A stretch of DNA of 64,000 nucleotides, taken from contig JBBTRB010000004.1 of NCBI GenBank assembly GCA_038065395.1, positions 6,042 through 70,041 on the forward strand. Direction: 5' to 3'. This DNA is from Patescibacteria group bacterium (GTDB lineage Bacteria > Patescibacteriota > Minisyncoccia > Phycocordibacterales > PALSA-1337). The position numbers were made by a program, and so were the translations under genes. How positions within the stretch are numbered: the first letter of the stretch is position 1; the number at the start of each line of letters is the position of its first letter. The notes beneath the pieces are model-generated. The model worked only from the letters and a program-made list of their open reading frames with translations, made no database searches and was not told where the DNA came from. Below, piece by piece: positions 39,287-48,982 of this stretch.

Positions 39287-41563
39287 ATGGACTTGCCAAT
39301 CATTGCCAAGAAAGCAGAAATCATCAGTGCAGTTACGGACAACAAGGTAGTCATCGTTACGGGGGAAACTGGGTGCGGAAAAACTTCGCAACTTCCAGTA
39401 ATTCTCCATGAAATGGGACTATCCCAACGAGGTCCGATAGTGGTTGCAGAACCACGTCGGGCTGCAGCGATTGCGACCGCAGAATACGTCGCTTCGCAGA
39501 TCGGCTCGGAACTCGGGGAACGTGTCGGATACCATGTTCGCTTTGGCAACGTCAGTGTTGCGGGCACAGCGATCAAATTCGTGACCAACGGAATACTCCT
39601 TCGGGAAATGTTCTCTGGTTCCTTGTTTGAGCGATACAGTGCTGTGATCATTGATGAAGCCCACGAGCGTAGCTTGGAAATCGACCTCCTTCTTGGACTT
39701 GCCAAACGTGCAGCCCGAATAAGGAATAATTTCCGAGTTATCATCGCTTCGGCCACACTCAATGCTGAAGCCTTGTCAAAATACTTCGAAGGAGCTCCAG
39801 TCATCAATGTTCCAGGAAGGCAGTTTCCTGTGACTATCTCATACCATCGTCGCACTCTCCCTCGCATAGAGTGGGTCGTGCGCGCGGTGGCAAAGAAAAT
39901 CATGGCGATACTTGCAGACACAAAAGAAGGCGATATCCTAGCGTTCATGCCAGGACGTGACAGCATTGAAGCGGTCATTGCCGAGATTTGGAGTCAGGAA
40001 GGGGGACGAATTGTAACCCTGCCATTCCACAAGGACATGGAGGCAACTGAATATCATCGCATCTTCGAGGAATTTCCTGGGATGCGGAAGGTAATCATCG
40101 CCACCAATATTGCTGAAACATCCCTGACATTGCCTACGGTGAAATTTGTCTTGGATAGCGGCCTCATCAAGGAAGTCGACTACTGTTCAGAAACAGGAAT
40201 TGAAAGCCTTGCGATCGCGCCTCACTCACAAAGTGGGTGCATCCAACGAAGTGGCCGAGTAGGGAGAGTGTCGGAAGGGACGTGTCACAGGCTTTATCCT
40301 GAACCGTCCTTTGAGCTCCGACCTCCATATACCAAGCCTGAAATTCTTCGGCGAAAGCTAGATATCACACTCCTCTACCTCAGAACTCTGGGATTTGAGG
40401 GTCCTGGCGCATTCGAGTTTGTCGATAAGCCTGATGAGAAGGTATTCACCCAGGCAAAAGAGGAACTCGTTAAATTGGGGGCGTTCTCATCAACTAATGG
40501 GGATCTCACCAATGCCGGGAAACTCATGGTGGCTCTGCCACTTGTTCCTCGAGTGGGACGTCTCGTTGTTGAGGCTGCCAAACGAGGTTGCGTGCGCGAG
40601 ATACTGTCATACGCCTCCTTCCTTGCTTCGCCTGCCGTTTTCCTTCGCCCTTGGGGTAATGAGAAAAAGGCACGCTCGGTTCAATCGCAATTCTTTGTTC
40701 CGCATTCAGACGTTTTAACATTTCTGAAGGTGTGGCAAGGATACGCCGATTCAGGTCAGTCAAAGGCTTGGTGTGAAGAACACTTCCTTTGTCCGCACGC
40801 TCTCGGCGAGGTTGCACTTGCCAGAGAGCAGCTCTCACGCATCCTCCTTGATCGCAATATCGGAATGAGCAGTAATTCGTCAGAGGATGTTTTGGTCCAG
40901 ACGATTGCCGCTTCATTGCACGCCTATCTCTTGAAGCACGAGGGAAAAGGAAATTATGTCGGAGTGTTCCATGACTTCGGGAAGGTACGCATCCATCCTG
41001 GGTCGGCATTGTGGGGTACAACACCGGATCATATCGTTGCGACAAGCATCGTAAAGGTCTGGCATCCATATGCCGCACAATGCACGGCAGTTAACAGGGA
41101 AATTATGGCGAAAGTCTTTCCCCAGTTGTTGCCGAAACCTGCTCAGGAAATTCCGAGGGAAAAAGTGGTTGAAAGACCACCTGCTCCTGAAGTTACTGCA
41201 ACCATCGTTAAAGTTTCAGAAAAATTTGTCGTTGATGAAAAAGTCACGCTGGTTTTTGTGAAGCATAAAAACGAGTTGGTCGCCTTGTATCGAGGAGCAC
41301 TGCTTCAGCAGTTAGAAAGAGGATCAATCGTACCGATCCCTGGTAGGCTCTACGCCTGTTCAGTCTTTTCCGAAGGGGGGAAGCTGACTCTGAAACTCCA
41401 CAAGGAGATTCTTCCAGGAGAGAAAAATGGGACGAAAGATTCACATCGAATTGTTGGGGATGTGCTTAAAAGCAAAATCGATCGAAGACTTGAGGTTACC
41501 GAGGAGACTGCCGATTTAGCACATGACCTGGCTACTTCATGGCAGTGCCGTCTCGATGATTGA
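39287..41563 (+). CDS. DEAH-box RNA helicase, HrpA/HrpB-like
   Basis: GETGCGKT, PRRAAA, DEAH, SAT, ATNIAETSLT and QRSGRVGR motifs; HA2/OB-like C-terminal half. Confidence 0.9.
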   Translation: MDLPIIAKKAEIISAVTDNKVVIVTGETGCGKTSQLPVILHEMGLSQRGPIVVAEPRRAAAIATAEYVASQIGSELGERVGYHVRFGNVSVAGTAIKFVTNGILLREMFSGSLFERYSAVIIDEAHERSLEIDLLLGLAKRAARIRNNFRVIIASATLNAEALSKYFEGAPVINVPGRQFPVTISYHRRTLPRIEWVVRAVAKKIMAILADTKEGDILAFMPGRDSIEAVIAEIWSQEGGRIVTLPFHKDMEATEYHRIFEEFPGMRKVIIATNIAETSLTLPTVKFVLDSGLIKEVDYCSETGIESLAIAPHSQSGCIQRSGRVGRVSEGTCHRLYPEPSFELRPPYTKPEILRRKLDITLLYLRTLGFEGPGAFEFVDKPDEKVFTQAKEELVKLGAFSSTNGDLTNAGKLMVALPLVPRVGRLVVEAAKRGCVREILSYASFLASPAVFLRPWGNEKKARSVQSQFFVPHSDVLTFLKVWQGYADSGQSKAWCEEHFLCPHALGEVALAREQLSRILLDRNIGMSSNSSEDVLVQTIAASLHAYLLKHEGKGNYVGVFHDFGKVRIHPGSALWGTTPDHIVATSIVKVWHPYAAQCTAVNREIMAKVFPQLLPKPAQEIPREKVVERPPAPEVTATIVKVSEKFVVDEKVTLVFVKHKNELVALYRGALLQQLERGSIVPIPGRLYACSVFSEGGKLTLKLHKEILPGEKNGTKDSHRIVGDVLKSKIDRRLEVTEETADLAHDLATSWQCRLDD

Positions 41564-41581
41564 AAAGTTTTTGAAAAAAAT

Positions 41582-41613
41582 AAAAGCCGGAGTGGAAACA
41601 CTCCGGCCTTTTT
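41582..41613. terminator. Bidirectional terminator
   Basis: aaaagccggagt-ggaaac-actccggcctttt. Confidence 0.75.
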
Positions 41614-41632
41614 GTATATGTTGCTCGGCTTA

Positions 41633-42349
41633 TTAAGCCGGTGAGTAGGCGCCTCGGGCTGCCTTGAGTTTTTTCTTGAGTTCGCTCCCATCTTCTTTCA
41701 AACAGACCGATATCCTTCCGATTGCTCGGTAGAGGCCGTCTTGATCGAGATGGAACGCACTCAGTATTTCGGGCAAGGGGATTTTTGGAAAATCATCCCA
41801 GACCAGAAACACCACTGCGTCTTTTGCAAGCATGACTTCGGCGGCGGGATCACGGCTTTGCAGAAGATCAGCACCCAGGAAAACCCCAGTGACCGCTTTC
41901 TGCACATTTCCGATGACTTGCGCTGTGTTCCCAGAAGCAATGATCGGTGTGGTCTCGGTTTTCGTCGGTCCTTTTGCACTGAGCGGTGTTGATTGAGGTG
42001 ATGGACTGGCGGGCGCAGAAGGGGAACTGGTCCCACTCGGCATGGCTGCGATCATAAGAGCCTCGGTTTTGATTTCTTCAATCAATGAAGCCAAGGTCGC
42101 ATCGGCTTTCAGTAACGTTTTGACCTTTTTGACTGCCTGATAGACGTCAGGATTATGTTTCCTTCCGACGACTTCTCTCGAAGCCTTGAGTGATGCACCG
42201 AGCTCTTCCCTGAGGGTGTACATTACCACCTTCTTGGCCACCAGATCACCCTTGTCGCCTCTGAGGATTTCAGGCGTGGTCTTGTAGTGAACTGCAACCA
42301 TCGCGAGTACTTTTTGAACGATTCGAGGGTCTTGGGTCTTCGCTTTCAT
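41633..42349 (-). CDS. Protein with two DnaA C-terminal (domain IV)-like HTH modules
   Basis: VLAMVAVHYKTTPEILRG..AKKVVMYTLREELGASL..GRKH..V..AVKKV; Pro/Ser linker; second degenerate copy. Confidence 0.62.
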   Translation of the reverse strand: MKAKTQDPRIVQKVLAMVAVHYKTTPEILRGDKGDLVAKKVVMYTLREELGASLKASREVVGRKHNPDVYQAVKKVKTLLKADATLASLIEEIKTEALMIAAMPSGTSSPSAPASPSPQSTPLSAKGPTKTETTPIIASGNTAQVIGNVQKAVTGVFLGADLLQSRDPAAEVMLAKDAVVFLVWDDFPKIPLPEILSAFHLDQDGLYRAIGRISVCLKEDGSELKKKLKAARGAYSPA

Positions 42350-42493
42350 AATTCCTCTCTTTTGTTAAGGTTCATATGCATTTACCGAAATCTTTGACTC
42401 TGATTACAATACTACACGATTTTGGAATCTTGTAAAGGGGTAATAAAAAGGCCATCCGTCTTTGCGGATGGCCATGTGCTCGATGCTTTCGCA

Positions 42494-45454
42494 TCAAAGA
42501 TTCTGTAATTCAACCACGAGGCGAACTTTCTCAAACTCTTGGGTATAACCCACCATCAGATCCGCGTCCGACGGATCTAAAGTCAGAGTCAATCGTTCCA
42601 TGGTCGTGACGAGAATCTGTTGCACTCGGGAACGAGTGATATTGTAGGTTTGTCCTAAGGCTTCATACGTCGGAGTTTCTTTTGTTGGGTCTCCTCCGAA
42701 ACGAAGCCGGAGGATATCCTTGTGGCGGTCTGGCACATCTAGTGCGTCGAGCTTGGCGTGGAGTCGTTGAACTTTTGCTTGGAAAGGTTTTACAATTTTT
42801 TCCACAATGCTTTTTAGTTCCTCAACCTGTTTAGGGAAAAGGATCTTCTGGCATTGTTTTATTTGTTGCAAATCTCCTCCATAAACATCCAGGCTATACT
42901 GACCTCGTATGAGTTTCAGTTTTGCTTGAAGGTCTGCATCAGTCTTCATTTCTTCCGCCATGCCACTGCAAATTACGGAAGCGCGACTATAATCACCGAA
43001 TCCGAAGATTTGCGCTACTTCCTGACACTGGACGTTGAAGTCAGTGCGCAGAACGTGCATCGCAAAACTTTTTGCACGAATCCGATATTTTTCCGGGTCG
43101 TCGGGTCTTGTATGTGACCTGGCGAACAGTTTCGACTTCTCGACGTCGAATGCTTGGCTCGTGAGAGTAAGGACTTGATCGACAATCGGAGAAGCTGCTT
43201 TTAATGCAGACTCTGCGGCCAGAGCAACTTGTTCAGGGTCAACTTGTTTTTCCTGTCGAAAACCGCACAAGGCGATGATTTTTTCGATCTCATCGGCAAG
43301 GGCAGTGTCCCTCTCAATCGCTTGTTTGAGCGACCGATGTCCATGCATGGCCGTCGTGTGGTCAGCGTAGTGGAGAGCCTGTCCAATTCCCACAAAAGAG
43401 GATTTGAGTTCCTCCCTCATGATATATGTGCAGACCCATCTTACCCAAACAACTTCGTTCGGGCGAGATTCACCGAGTATTATCTCTGGTGTTTTCCCAT
43501 AAACATCGCCGACAACTCGGATAATGTCTTCTGGTGTAGGCGTTCCTGGCTTGACCTCTGCGAGTTTGGCTTGAGGACGTCTTGGGGTAATTGTCACCCC
43601 TGGAATCATCTCTCCGCCACTTCTCTCGGCATCATCCTGGAATACGATTGAGACTTCATCCAAGATCAAGGCTTCGGCTGGAGTGGACAGATCGGCTTCA
43701 GCACATACGATGTTTTCAAGATCGTGGACGCGCTTAAGCTCCTCATTAAGTTTCTCTCGAGTCATTGCGATTCCGTGTTTCGCCAACTCCTGCCAGACCT
43801 TATCTTCCATTTGCTGAATTCGTGAGCGAGTCACTCCTCCCATTGCGGGGCGAATTGACTCGTGTGTATGATCTTCGGGATAACCCTCAAGGCCCCAGAA
43901 CATTTTGAATACCGTCTTGCAACGATCACTGATTGGCAGCGCTTTAATCGCCGCTAACAATGTTCTGATGTTCCGAGAGGCTATCTCCAAATCCTCCTTT
44001 GCTTCGAGAGCAGTAGAGGCAGAAGGGAAGCAGTTGTCCATGATGTGATCGCCGATGGTGACATCGCTGTCTTTCGACGAGGCACTGTAAGCCAACTCCT
44101 CCAAAGACACGACGGGAACTTTGAGTTGATGGAGAATCTTCTTCACCTTATCAACGTCTAGCTCCGCTCGAGCTGCCACTTCTTCAAGCGTCGGTTCGCG
44201 TTGCAGTTCCAATCCGAGCTCGCACGTTATCTTGAGGACCTTGTTGAGAGCCTCAATTGCGTGAACTGGCATCCGGATGATGTTCGTGAAGTTTTGGATC
44301 GCACGAGCGATATAGGATCTGATCCACCATGTCGCATACGTAGAGAAGTGAAATCCCTTTTCAGGGTCAAATCTCTCCGCTGCGACCATGAGACCCATAT
44401 TTCCTTCCTGAACAAGGTCGTCGTAGTCCAAACCTCGACCCATATAGTGCGCGGCGATTTTCATCGACAAGCGCAAGTTATGAACCACGATGGTGTTGCG
44501 GGCTTCGTAGTCGGCGTGCATGTGCCATCGGCGTGCCAATTCTAGTAGGTCCTGATGCTTCAGAAACTTATGGTTTTTGACGGCACTATAGTAAGGATTG
44601 CTGACTCCTGATTCACGATCGAAGATGAACTTCGGTATGAATTCTCCGTTCGGATCAGCATGCTCGCTTTCCTCGCCATCAGTTTCCTTATTCTCTTCCA
44701 GTTCGAGCAAAGCCTCTTTTGAAGGCTCTTCCGAAACAGTTTCGCTAATACCGGTTGAGTTGAACAAAGCCGGTAGCTTACCCCTGTTGGAGGATGGTGA
44801 TTCGGGGCGACGAGAGTAGGACGTCTCGGGACTGTGTGAATCTGGTTTTTTGTAATGAACCTCACCAATCACAATCTTGACATCGATGGCTCCCAGCAAC
44901 TGGGTGATCCAACGCATTGTTGTTCGTAACTTTGCATTGTCCTGCGAAATTTCCGCAGGGATGAGAGTTCCGATTTGCTGTGGCGAGATATGACCTTTCG
45001 CTTTGGCTGCCAGAAGAATTCCGAGAGAGTCAGGCACAAGGCCTTGCTCGCGCAAAATTTTGGCATTCAAGAAAGACGACTCGTGTCCTTCTCCTGCGTA
45101 TTGTGGTCCCTTAGCAGGAGCTAAGGGAGGAACAGTCTGTTCCTTGACCTTCGGTTGCGGTTTCGGCTTGATAGTCGGAACTGCAGAGGATTGGACAACA
45201 TGGTTATGTACGACGTTAAACGTGACGCTAATGTTGAGATTTTGCAGTATTTTTTTAATTTCCTGCAACACCCCTGCCATCTTGTTTCGGTCTTTCGCTA
45301 ACGCCGTGGAAATCATCTCACTGATTTCCTGAGGGGTGATGGTACCTCGTTCCTTGGCTCGGTTGAGAGTGTCCTTGGCAGTGGGCTTTAAACCCCATCT
45401 TTCAAGTACAGCATCATCAAAGCCGCTAAATGAGGGGTCGATTCTTTCGATCAT
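42494..45454 (-). CDS. Giant RpoD-family sigma70 factor fused to two DnaA domain IV-like modules and an extra region 4
   Basis: NLRL..KIA.HY.GRGL...DLVQEGNMGLM.A.ERFDPEKGFHFSTYATWWIR; REPT.EE; VTRSRIQQ; DIIRVV..YG..R..YIMREE..S..IG..DHTTAMH; ITRSRVQQI; GGAG SD before ATG 45454. Confidence 0.85.
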   Translation of the reverse strand: MIERIDPSFSGFDDAVLERWGLKPTAKDTLNRAKERGTITPQEISEMISTALAKDRNKMAGVLQEIKKILQNLNISVTFNVVHNHVVQSSAVPTIKPKPQPKVKEQTVPPLAPAKGPQYAGEGHESSFLNAKILREQGLVPDSLGILLAAKAKGHISPQQIGTLIPAEISQDNAKLRTTMRWITQLLGAIDVKIVIGEVHYKKPDSHSPETSYSRRPESPSSNRGKLPALFNSTGISETVSEEPSKEALLELEENKETDGEESEHADPNGEFIPKFIFDRESGVSNPYYSAVKNHKFLKHQDLLELARRWHMHADYEARNTIVVHNLRLSMKIAAHYMGRGLDYDDLVQEGNMGLMVAAERFDPEKGFHFSTYATWWIRSYIARAIQNFTNIIRMPVHAIEALNKVLKITCELGLELQREPTLEEVAARAELDVDKVKKILHQLKVPVVSLEELAYSASSKDSDVTIGDHIMDNCFPSASTALEAKEDLEIASRNIRTLLAAIKALPISDRCKTVFKMFWGLEGYPEDHTHESIRPAMGGVTRSRIQQMEDKVWQELAKHGIAMTREKLNEELKRVHDLENIVCAEADLSTPAEALILDEVSIVFQDDAERSGGEMIPGVTITPRRPQAKLAEVKPGTPTPEDIIRVVGDVYGKTPEIILGESRPNEVVWVRWVCTYIMREELKSSFVGIGQALHYADHTTAMHGHRSLKQAIERDTALADEIEKIIALCGFRQEKQVDPEQVALAAESALKAASPIVDQVLTLTSQAFDVEKSKLFARSHTRPDDPEKYRIRAKSFAMHVLRTDFNVQCQEVAQIFGFGDYSRASVICSGMAEEMKTDADLQAKLKLIRGQYSLDVYGGDLQQIKQCQKILFPKQVEELKSIVEKIVKPFQAKVQRLHAKLDALDVPDRHKDILRLRFGGDPTKETPTYEALGQTYNITRSRVQQILVTTMERLTLTLDPSDADLMVGYTQEFEKVRLVVELQNL

Positions 45455-45598
45455 TTTTGCTCCAGTGGTTGAATTGTTAATGTGCGAAGACTGAAAGTAC
45501 ACTACCTTAATTATAGTGACTTGTCCAGTACTTTCTTAAAGTAAAAACACACCACCACTCGCTAGGTGATTGGTGGTTTTTTCTTACCTGGGGAAGAT

Positions 45599-48500
45599 CT
45601 ACAACCCTTTGACCCTCTCGACAATAAAACTCCTTTCACCGTTACGGGTGGTCACGGTGGCTTTGAGAGCGACACAGCGGTCAGGGGTGATGAGGTTCTT
45701 GAATTCGGTGTAGGTGCGAGGGAAGACGACGGCTTCGGTTGTGCCGGTAAGGTCAGAGATGGCGAGGAAGGCCATGGTGTCGTTCTTCTTGGTTTGGATC
45801 GGGCGGACGCTGTCGATCATGGCAACACAGACGAACGAAGCGCCGTCCTTCTCGGTTTCGAGAACCTTTTTTATATTGACGTCTCTCTTCTCCATGATCT
45901 CTCGGAATCGTTCCAGTGGATGTCCTGAGATGTAGAGACCGAGGAGCTCTTTCTCCCAAGCCAGTCGGTCGCGCATATCTACTGGAGGAGCATCGACGAG
46001 GCGGAGTGTCGGAGCGCTCGAGGCATCTGACATCATGCTAAAGAGAGAGTCTTGGTCACTATGCTGATCGCCCTTCTCTTTGTTGTAGGCGAGACAAAGA
46101 TCTATATTAGCGAGCAAGAGTCCGCGTTCATGACCGAAGAGGTCGAGCGCACCGGCTTTGATCAGGGCTTCGAGAGACTTTTTGTTCAGGTTACGATCTT
46201 TGACACGGTCGAGGAAGTTGGCGAGGGAGGTGAAGGGGCCGTTCTTCTTTCGTTCTTCGATGATCGAAGTCGAAATACCCTGCCCGAAGTTCTTGATCGT
46301 GACCAGCCCAAAGCGGATACGATATTTGTTTGCTGTGTCATCCCCGTGAAAACGGGGATCCAGGGTATTGTTACTGTCTGTGGTTTGATCCTGGATTCCC
46401 GCTTGCGCCTTCGCTTCGCTTCGGCTTGCGGGAATGACAACAGAGGTTGGTCCCTTGACCACCGTAAACTGACTATAACTTTCATTCACATCCGGAGGTA
46501 GCACCGGAATATTCATACGCTTACATTCAGCGATCGTTTCGGCCACTTTTTCTACTTCGCCAGATTCTGAGGAGAGTACCGCCGAGAGATATATTGCAGG
46601 GAAATGTGCCTTGAGATACGCCGTGAGGTAGGCGATACGTCCATATGATACCGAGTGTGCTTTGTTGAAACCATACGATGCGAACGGCTCGATCCACTTC
46701 CAGACTTCTTTGGCTTTCTTCTCGCCCCACTTGCTATGCGTGACACAGCCTTTGATGAACTTCTCTTTTTGCTCCGCCATTTCCTCGGGGATTTTCTTGC
46801 CAACCGCTTTGCGAAATTTGTCCACCTCGCCCCAGCTGTATCCGGCGAGTTCGTGAGCCATCATCAACAAGTCGTCTTGGTAGACCAGGATGCCGTTGGT
46901 CTTCTTGAGGATCTTTTCGAGGCTTGGGTCCAGGTAGCTGATGAGTGACGGGTCATGTTTGCGGGCGATGTATTCTGGGATGAACTGCAGGGGTCCAGGA
47001 CGATAGAGCGCCACCATGGCGTTGATATCGTGGATACTGGTCGGTCGGAGGTCTTTGAGGAACCTGGTCATGCCGTCGCCGTTGAGTTGGAAGAGGTCGG
47101 CGGTCTCACCACGAGCGAGCATCTCGAATGTCGGCACATCGTCGATCGGTATCGTGTCGGCATCGAGTTTGACTCCAGCGATCTTCTCTACACGAGAGAT
47201 CGTATCGGCGATGATGGTGAGGTTCTTGAGACCCAGGAAGTCGAACTTCAGGAGTCCTGCTTCCTCGATCGAATACATGTCGTACTGCGTGATGATCTTG
47301 CCTTCGCCTTTGGGGTCGAACTGGAGTGGAGTGAAGTCCGTCAATGCACTCGGAGAGATCACCACTCCTGCCGCATGGACACCGATGTGGCGCGAACAAC
47401 CTTCGATCTTGCGTGCCATATCGATGATCGTACGCACGTCTTGCTCGGACTGGTATATCTGTTTGAGTTCGGCGACTTCTTCGAGTGCCCGGTCGATCGT
47501 CATCGGGAATCCTTGTGCACCCATGGGAACGAGTTTGGAAATACGGTCACCGAGATCGTAGGGGAATCCCATGGCACGAGCGACGTCACGGATCGAGCCA
47601 CGTGCCATCATCGTACCGAAGGTTCCGATCTGAGCTACTCGGTCATGGCCATACTTCTCTCGTACGTAGGCGATCATGTCGTCACGACGATCGTCGGCAT
47701 AGTCCATGTCGATATCGGGAGCAGAGGGACGTTCTGGGTTGAGGAAGCGCTCGAAAGGGATCTCGTATTCGATCGGGTTGATATTGGTGATACCTGCGAG
47801 GTACGTGACCATCGAGCCAGAGACCGATCCGCGGATGTTAGACAAGATGCCGTTGGCACGAGCGAAGTTCAGGAGGTCTGCCACCACCAAGAAGTATGGT
47901 GCATAGCCTTTGTCGCGGATGACCTTGAGCTCGTATTCGGCACGAGTTTCGTATTCGACGGTTTTCTCGACATTTCTCTTGGCGAATCCTTCGAAGACCA
48001 GACGACGGAGTTCTTCGTCTGCAGTGAGACCACTCTCGATCGTGAGCGCAGGGAACACCCATTTGCCCAAGGTCATCTGGAAGGTGCATCGGTCGGTGAT
48101 CTTCTGAGTATTCTCGAGTGCTTCGGGCATATCGCGAAAGAGTTCCTCAGCACGTTCGGTAGAGATGAAGGAGAAGTCGTCTTCATCATTATCTGATACA
48201 CGCTCGGAATTGTCACCGTGACTGTTGACGCGTACCAGCGTCTCACGAGCCAGACGGTCTTCAGGTTTGAGATAGTAGACATCGTGTGCGGCGCAGACAG
48301 AGATACCCTCGGCGTCGGCGAAGGCCTTGAGAGCCTTCATCGACGTCTCGTGGTTGTCGATCTCGGGATGATGCGTGATCTCGATATAGAGTCGCGGGCC
48401 AGTCTCGTCGGGAGTGAAGACGTTCTTATAAAAGAGTGCTGCTTCGCGAGCCTTGTCCTGGTTCCGACTCTTGAGTGAGAGTGCGATCTCGCCACTGAAG

Positions 48501-48916
48501 GAAGGCGAGATGGCGATCAGTCCCTCATGATATTTCTGGATGAGTTCATGGTCGATACGAGGTTTGTAGTAGAAGCCTTCGAGATGGGAGAGTGTCACGA
48601 GCTGGACGAGGTTGCGGTAGCCGGTCTCATTCATGGCGAGGAGTACCAGGCGAGAGCGTTTGTTGTCTATACCGGCCTGCATGTCTTTGCGTGAACGAGT
48701 GGCCACGAAGAAATCCACTCCGATGATCGGCCTGATGCCTTTTTTCTGGCAGGCTTTGTAGAACTCTATGGCGCCATAGAGGTTGCCGTTGTCGGTCAGG
48801 GCGAGCGCCGTCATGCCAGACTTCTTGGCCTCTGCGACGAGATCGTCGATCTTGGGGAGAGCGGTGAGCAGTGAGTAGTGGGAGTGGGTATGGAGGTGAG
48901 TGAACGGGACGGACAT
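45599..48916 (-). CDS. dnaE: DNA polymerase III alpha subunit
   Basis: HLHTHSHYSLL PHP domain, PDIDMD, KFDFLGL, FASYGFNKAHS, C-terminal OB fold. Confidence 0.97.
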   Translation of the reverse strand: MSVPFTHLHTHSHYSLLTALPKIDDLVAEAKKSGMTALALTDNGNLYGAIEFYKACQKKGIRPIIGVDFFVATRSRKDMQAGIDNKRSRLVLLAMNETGYRNLVQLVTLSHLEGFYYKPRIDHELIQKYHEGLIAISPSFSGEIALSLKSRNQDKAREAALFYKNVFTPDETGPRLYIEITHHPEIDNHETSMKALKAFADAEGISVCAAHDVYYLKPEDRLARETLVRVNSHGDNSERVSDNDEDDFSFISTERAEELFRDMPEALENTQKITDRCTFQMTLGKWVFPALTIESGLTADEELRRLVFEGFAKRNVEKTVEYETRAEYELKVIRDKGYAPYFLVVADLLNFARANGILSNIRGSVSGSMVTYLAGITNINPIEYEIPFERFLNPERPSAPDIDMDYADDRRDDMIAYVREKYGHDRVAQIGTFGTMMARGSIRDVARAMGFPYDLGDRISKLVPMGAQGFPMTIDRALEEVAELKQIYQSEQDVRTIIDMARKIEGCSRHIGVHAAGVVISPSALTDFTPLQFDPKGEGKIITQYDMYSIEEAGLLKFDFLGLKNLTIIADTISRVEKIAGVKLDADTIPIDDVPTFEMLARGETADLFQLNGDGMTRFLKDLRPTSIHDINAMVALYRPGPLQFIPEYIARKHDPSLISYLDPSLEKILKKTNGILVYQDDLLMMAHELAGYSWGEVDKFRKAVGKKIPEEMAEQKEKFIKGCVTHSKWGEKKAKEVWKWIEPFASYGFNKAHSVSYGRIAYLTAYLKAHFPAIYLSAVLSSESGEVEKVAETIAECKRMNIPVLPPDVNESYSQFTVVKGPTSVVIPASRSEAKAQAGIQDQTTDSNNTLDPRFHGDDTANKYRIRFGLVTIKNFGQGISTSIIEERKKNGPFTSLANFLDRVKDRNLNKKSLEALIKAGALDLFGHERGLLLANIDLCLAYNKEKGDQHSDQDSLFSMMSDASSAPTLRLVDAPPVDMRDRLAWEKELLGLYISGHPLERFREIMEKRDVNIKKVLETEKDGASFVCVAMIDSVRPIQTKKNDTMAFLAISDLTGTTEAVVFPRTYTEFKNLITPDRCVALKATVTTRNGERSFIVERVKGL
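46337..46438. repeat. Palindromic REP/RPE-like element inserted in frame in dnaE
   Basis: gtcatccccg..cggggatccag ... ctggattcccgc..gcgggaatgac; 102 bp; encodes VIPASRSEAKAQAGIQ..LDPRFHGDD. Confidence 0.85.
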
Positions 48917-48982
48917 AGAGGTAGTTTACCGTTTGTATATCCAAATGGAAAGTTCAACGTATTTTGCTATGATCAGTATCAT

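Noticed and set aside
42494-45454. Calling the giant sigma the housekeeping rpoD, or the locus dnaA/oriC
   Set aside because: Divergent regions 1.2, 2.4 and 4.2, atypical codon usage, no dnaG context, no AAA+ domain and no DnaA-box cluster
46955-48196. 413-aa plus-strand ORF, and similar long antisense ORFs (33853..34512, 50816..51580, 59267..59911)
   Set aside because: Shadow ORFs opposite dnaE, thrS, infB and rpoB caused by codon bias; no motifs
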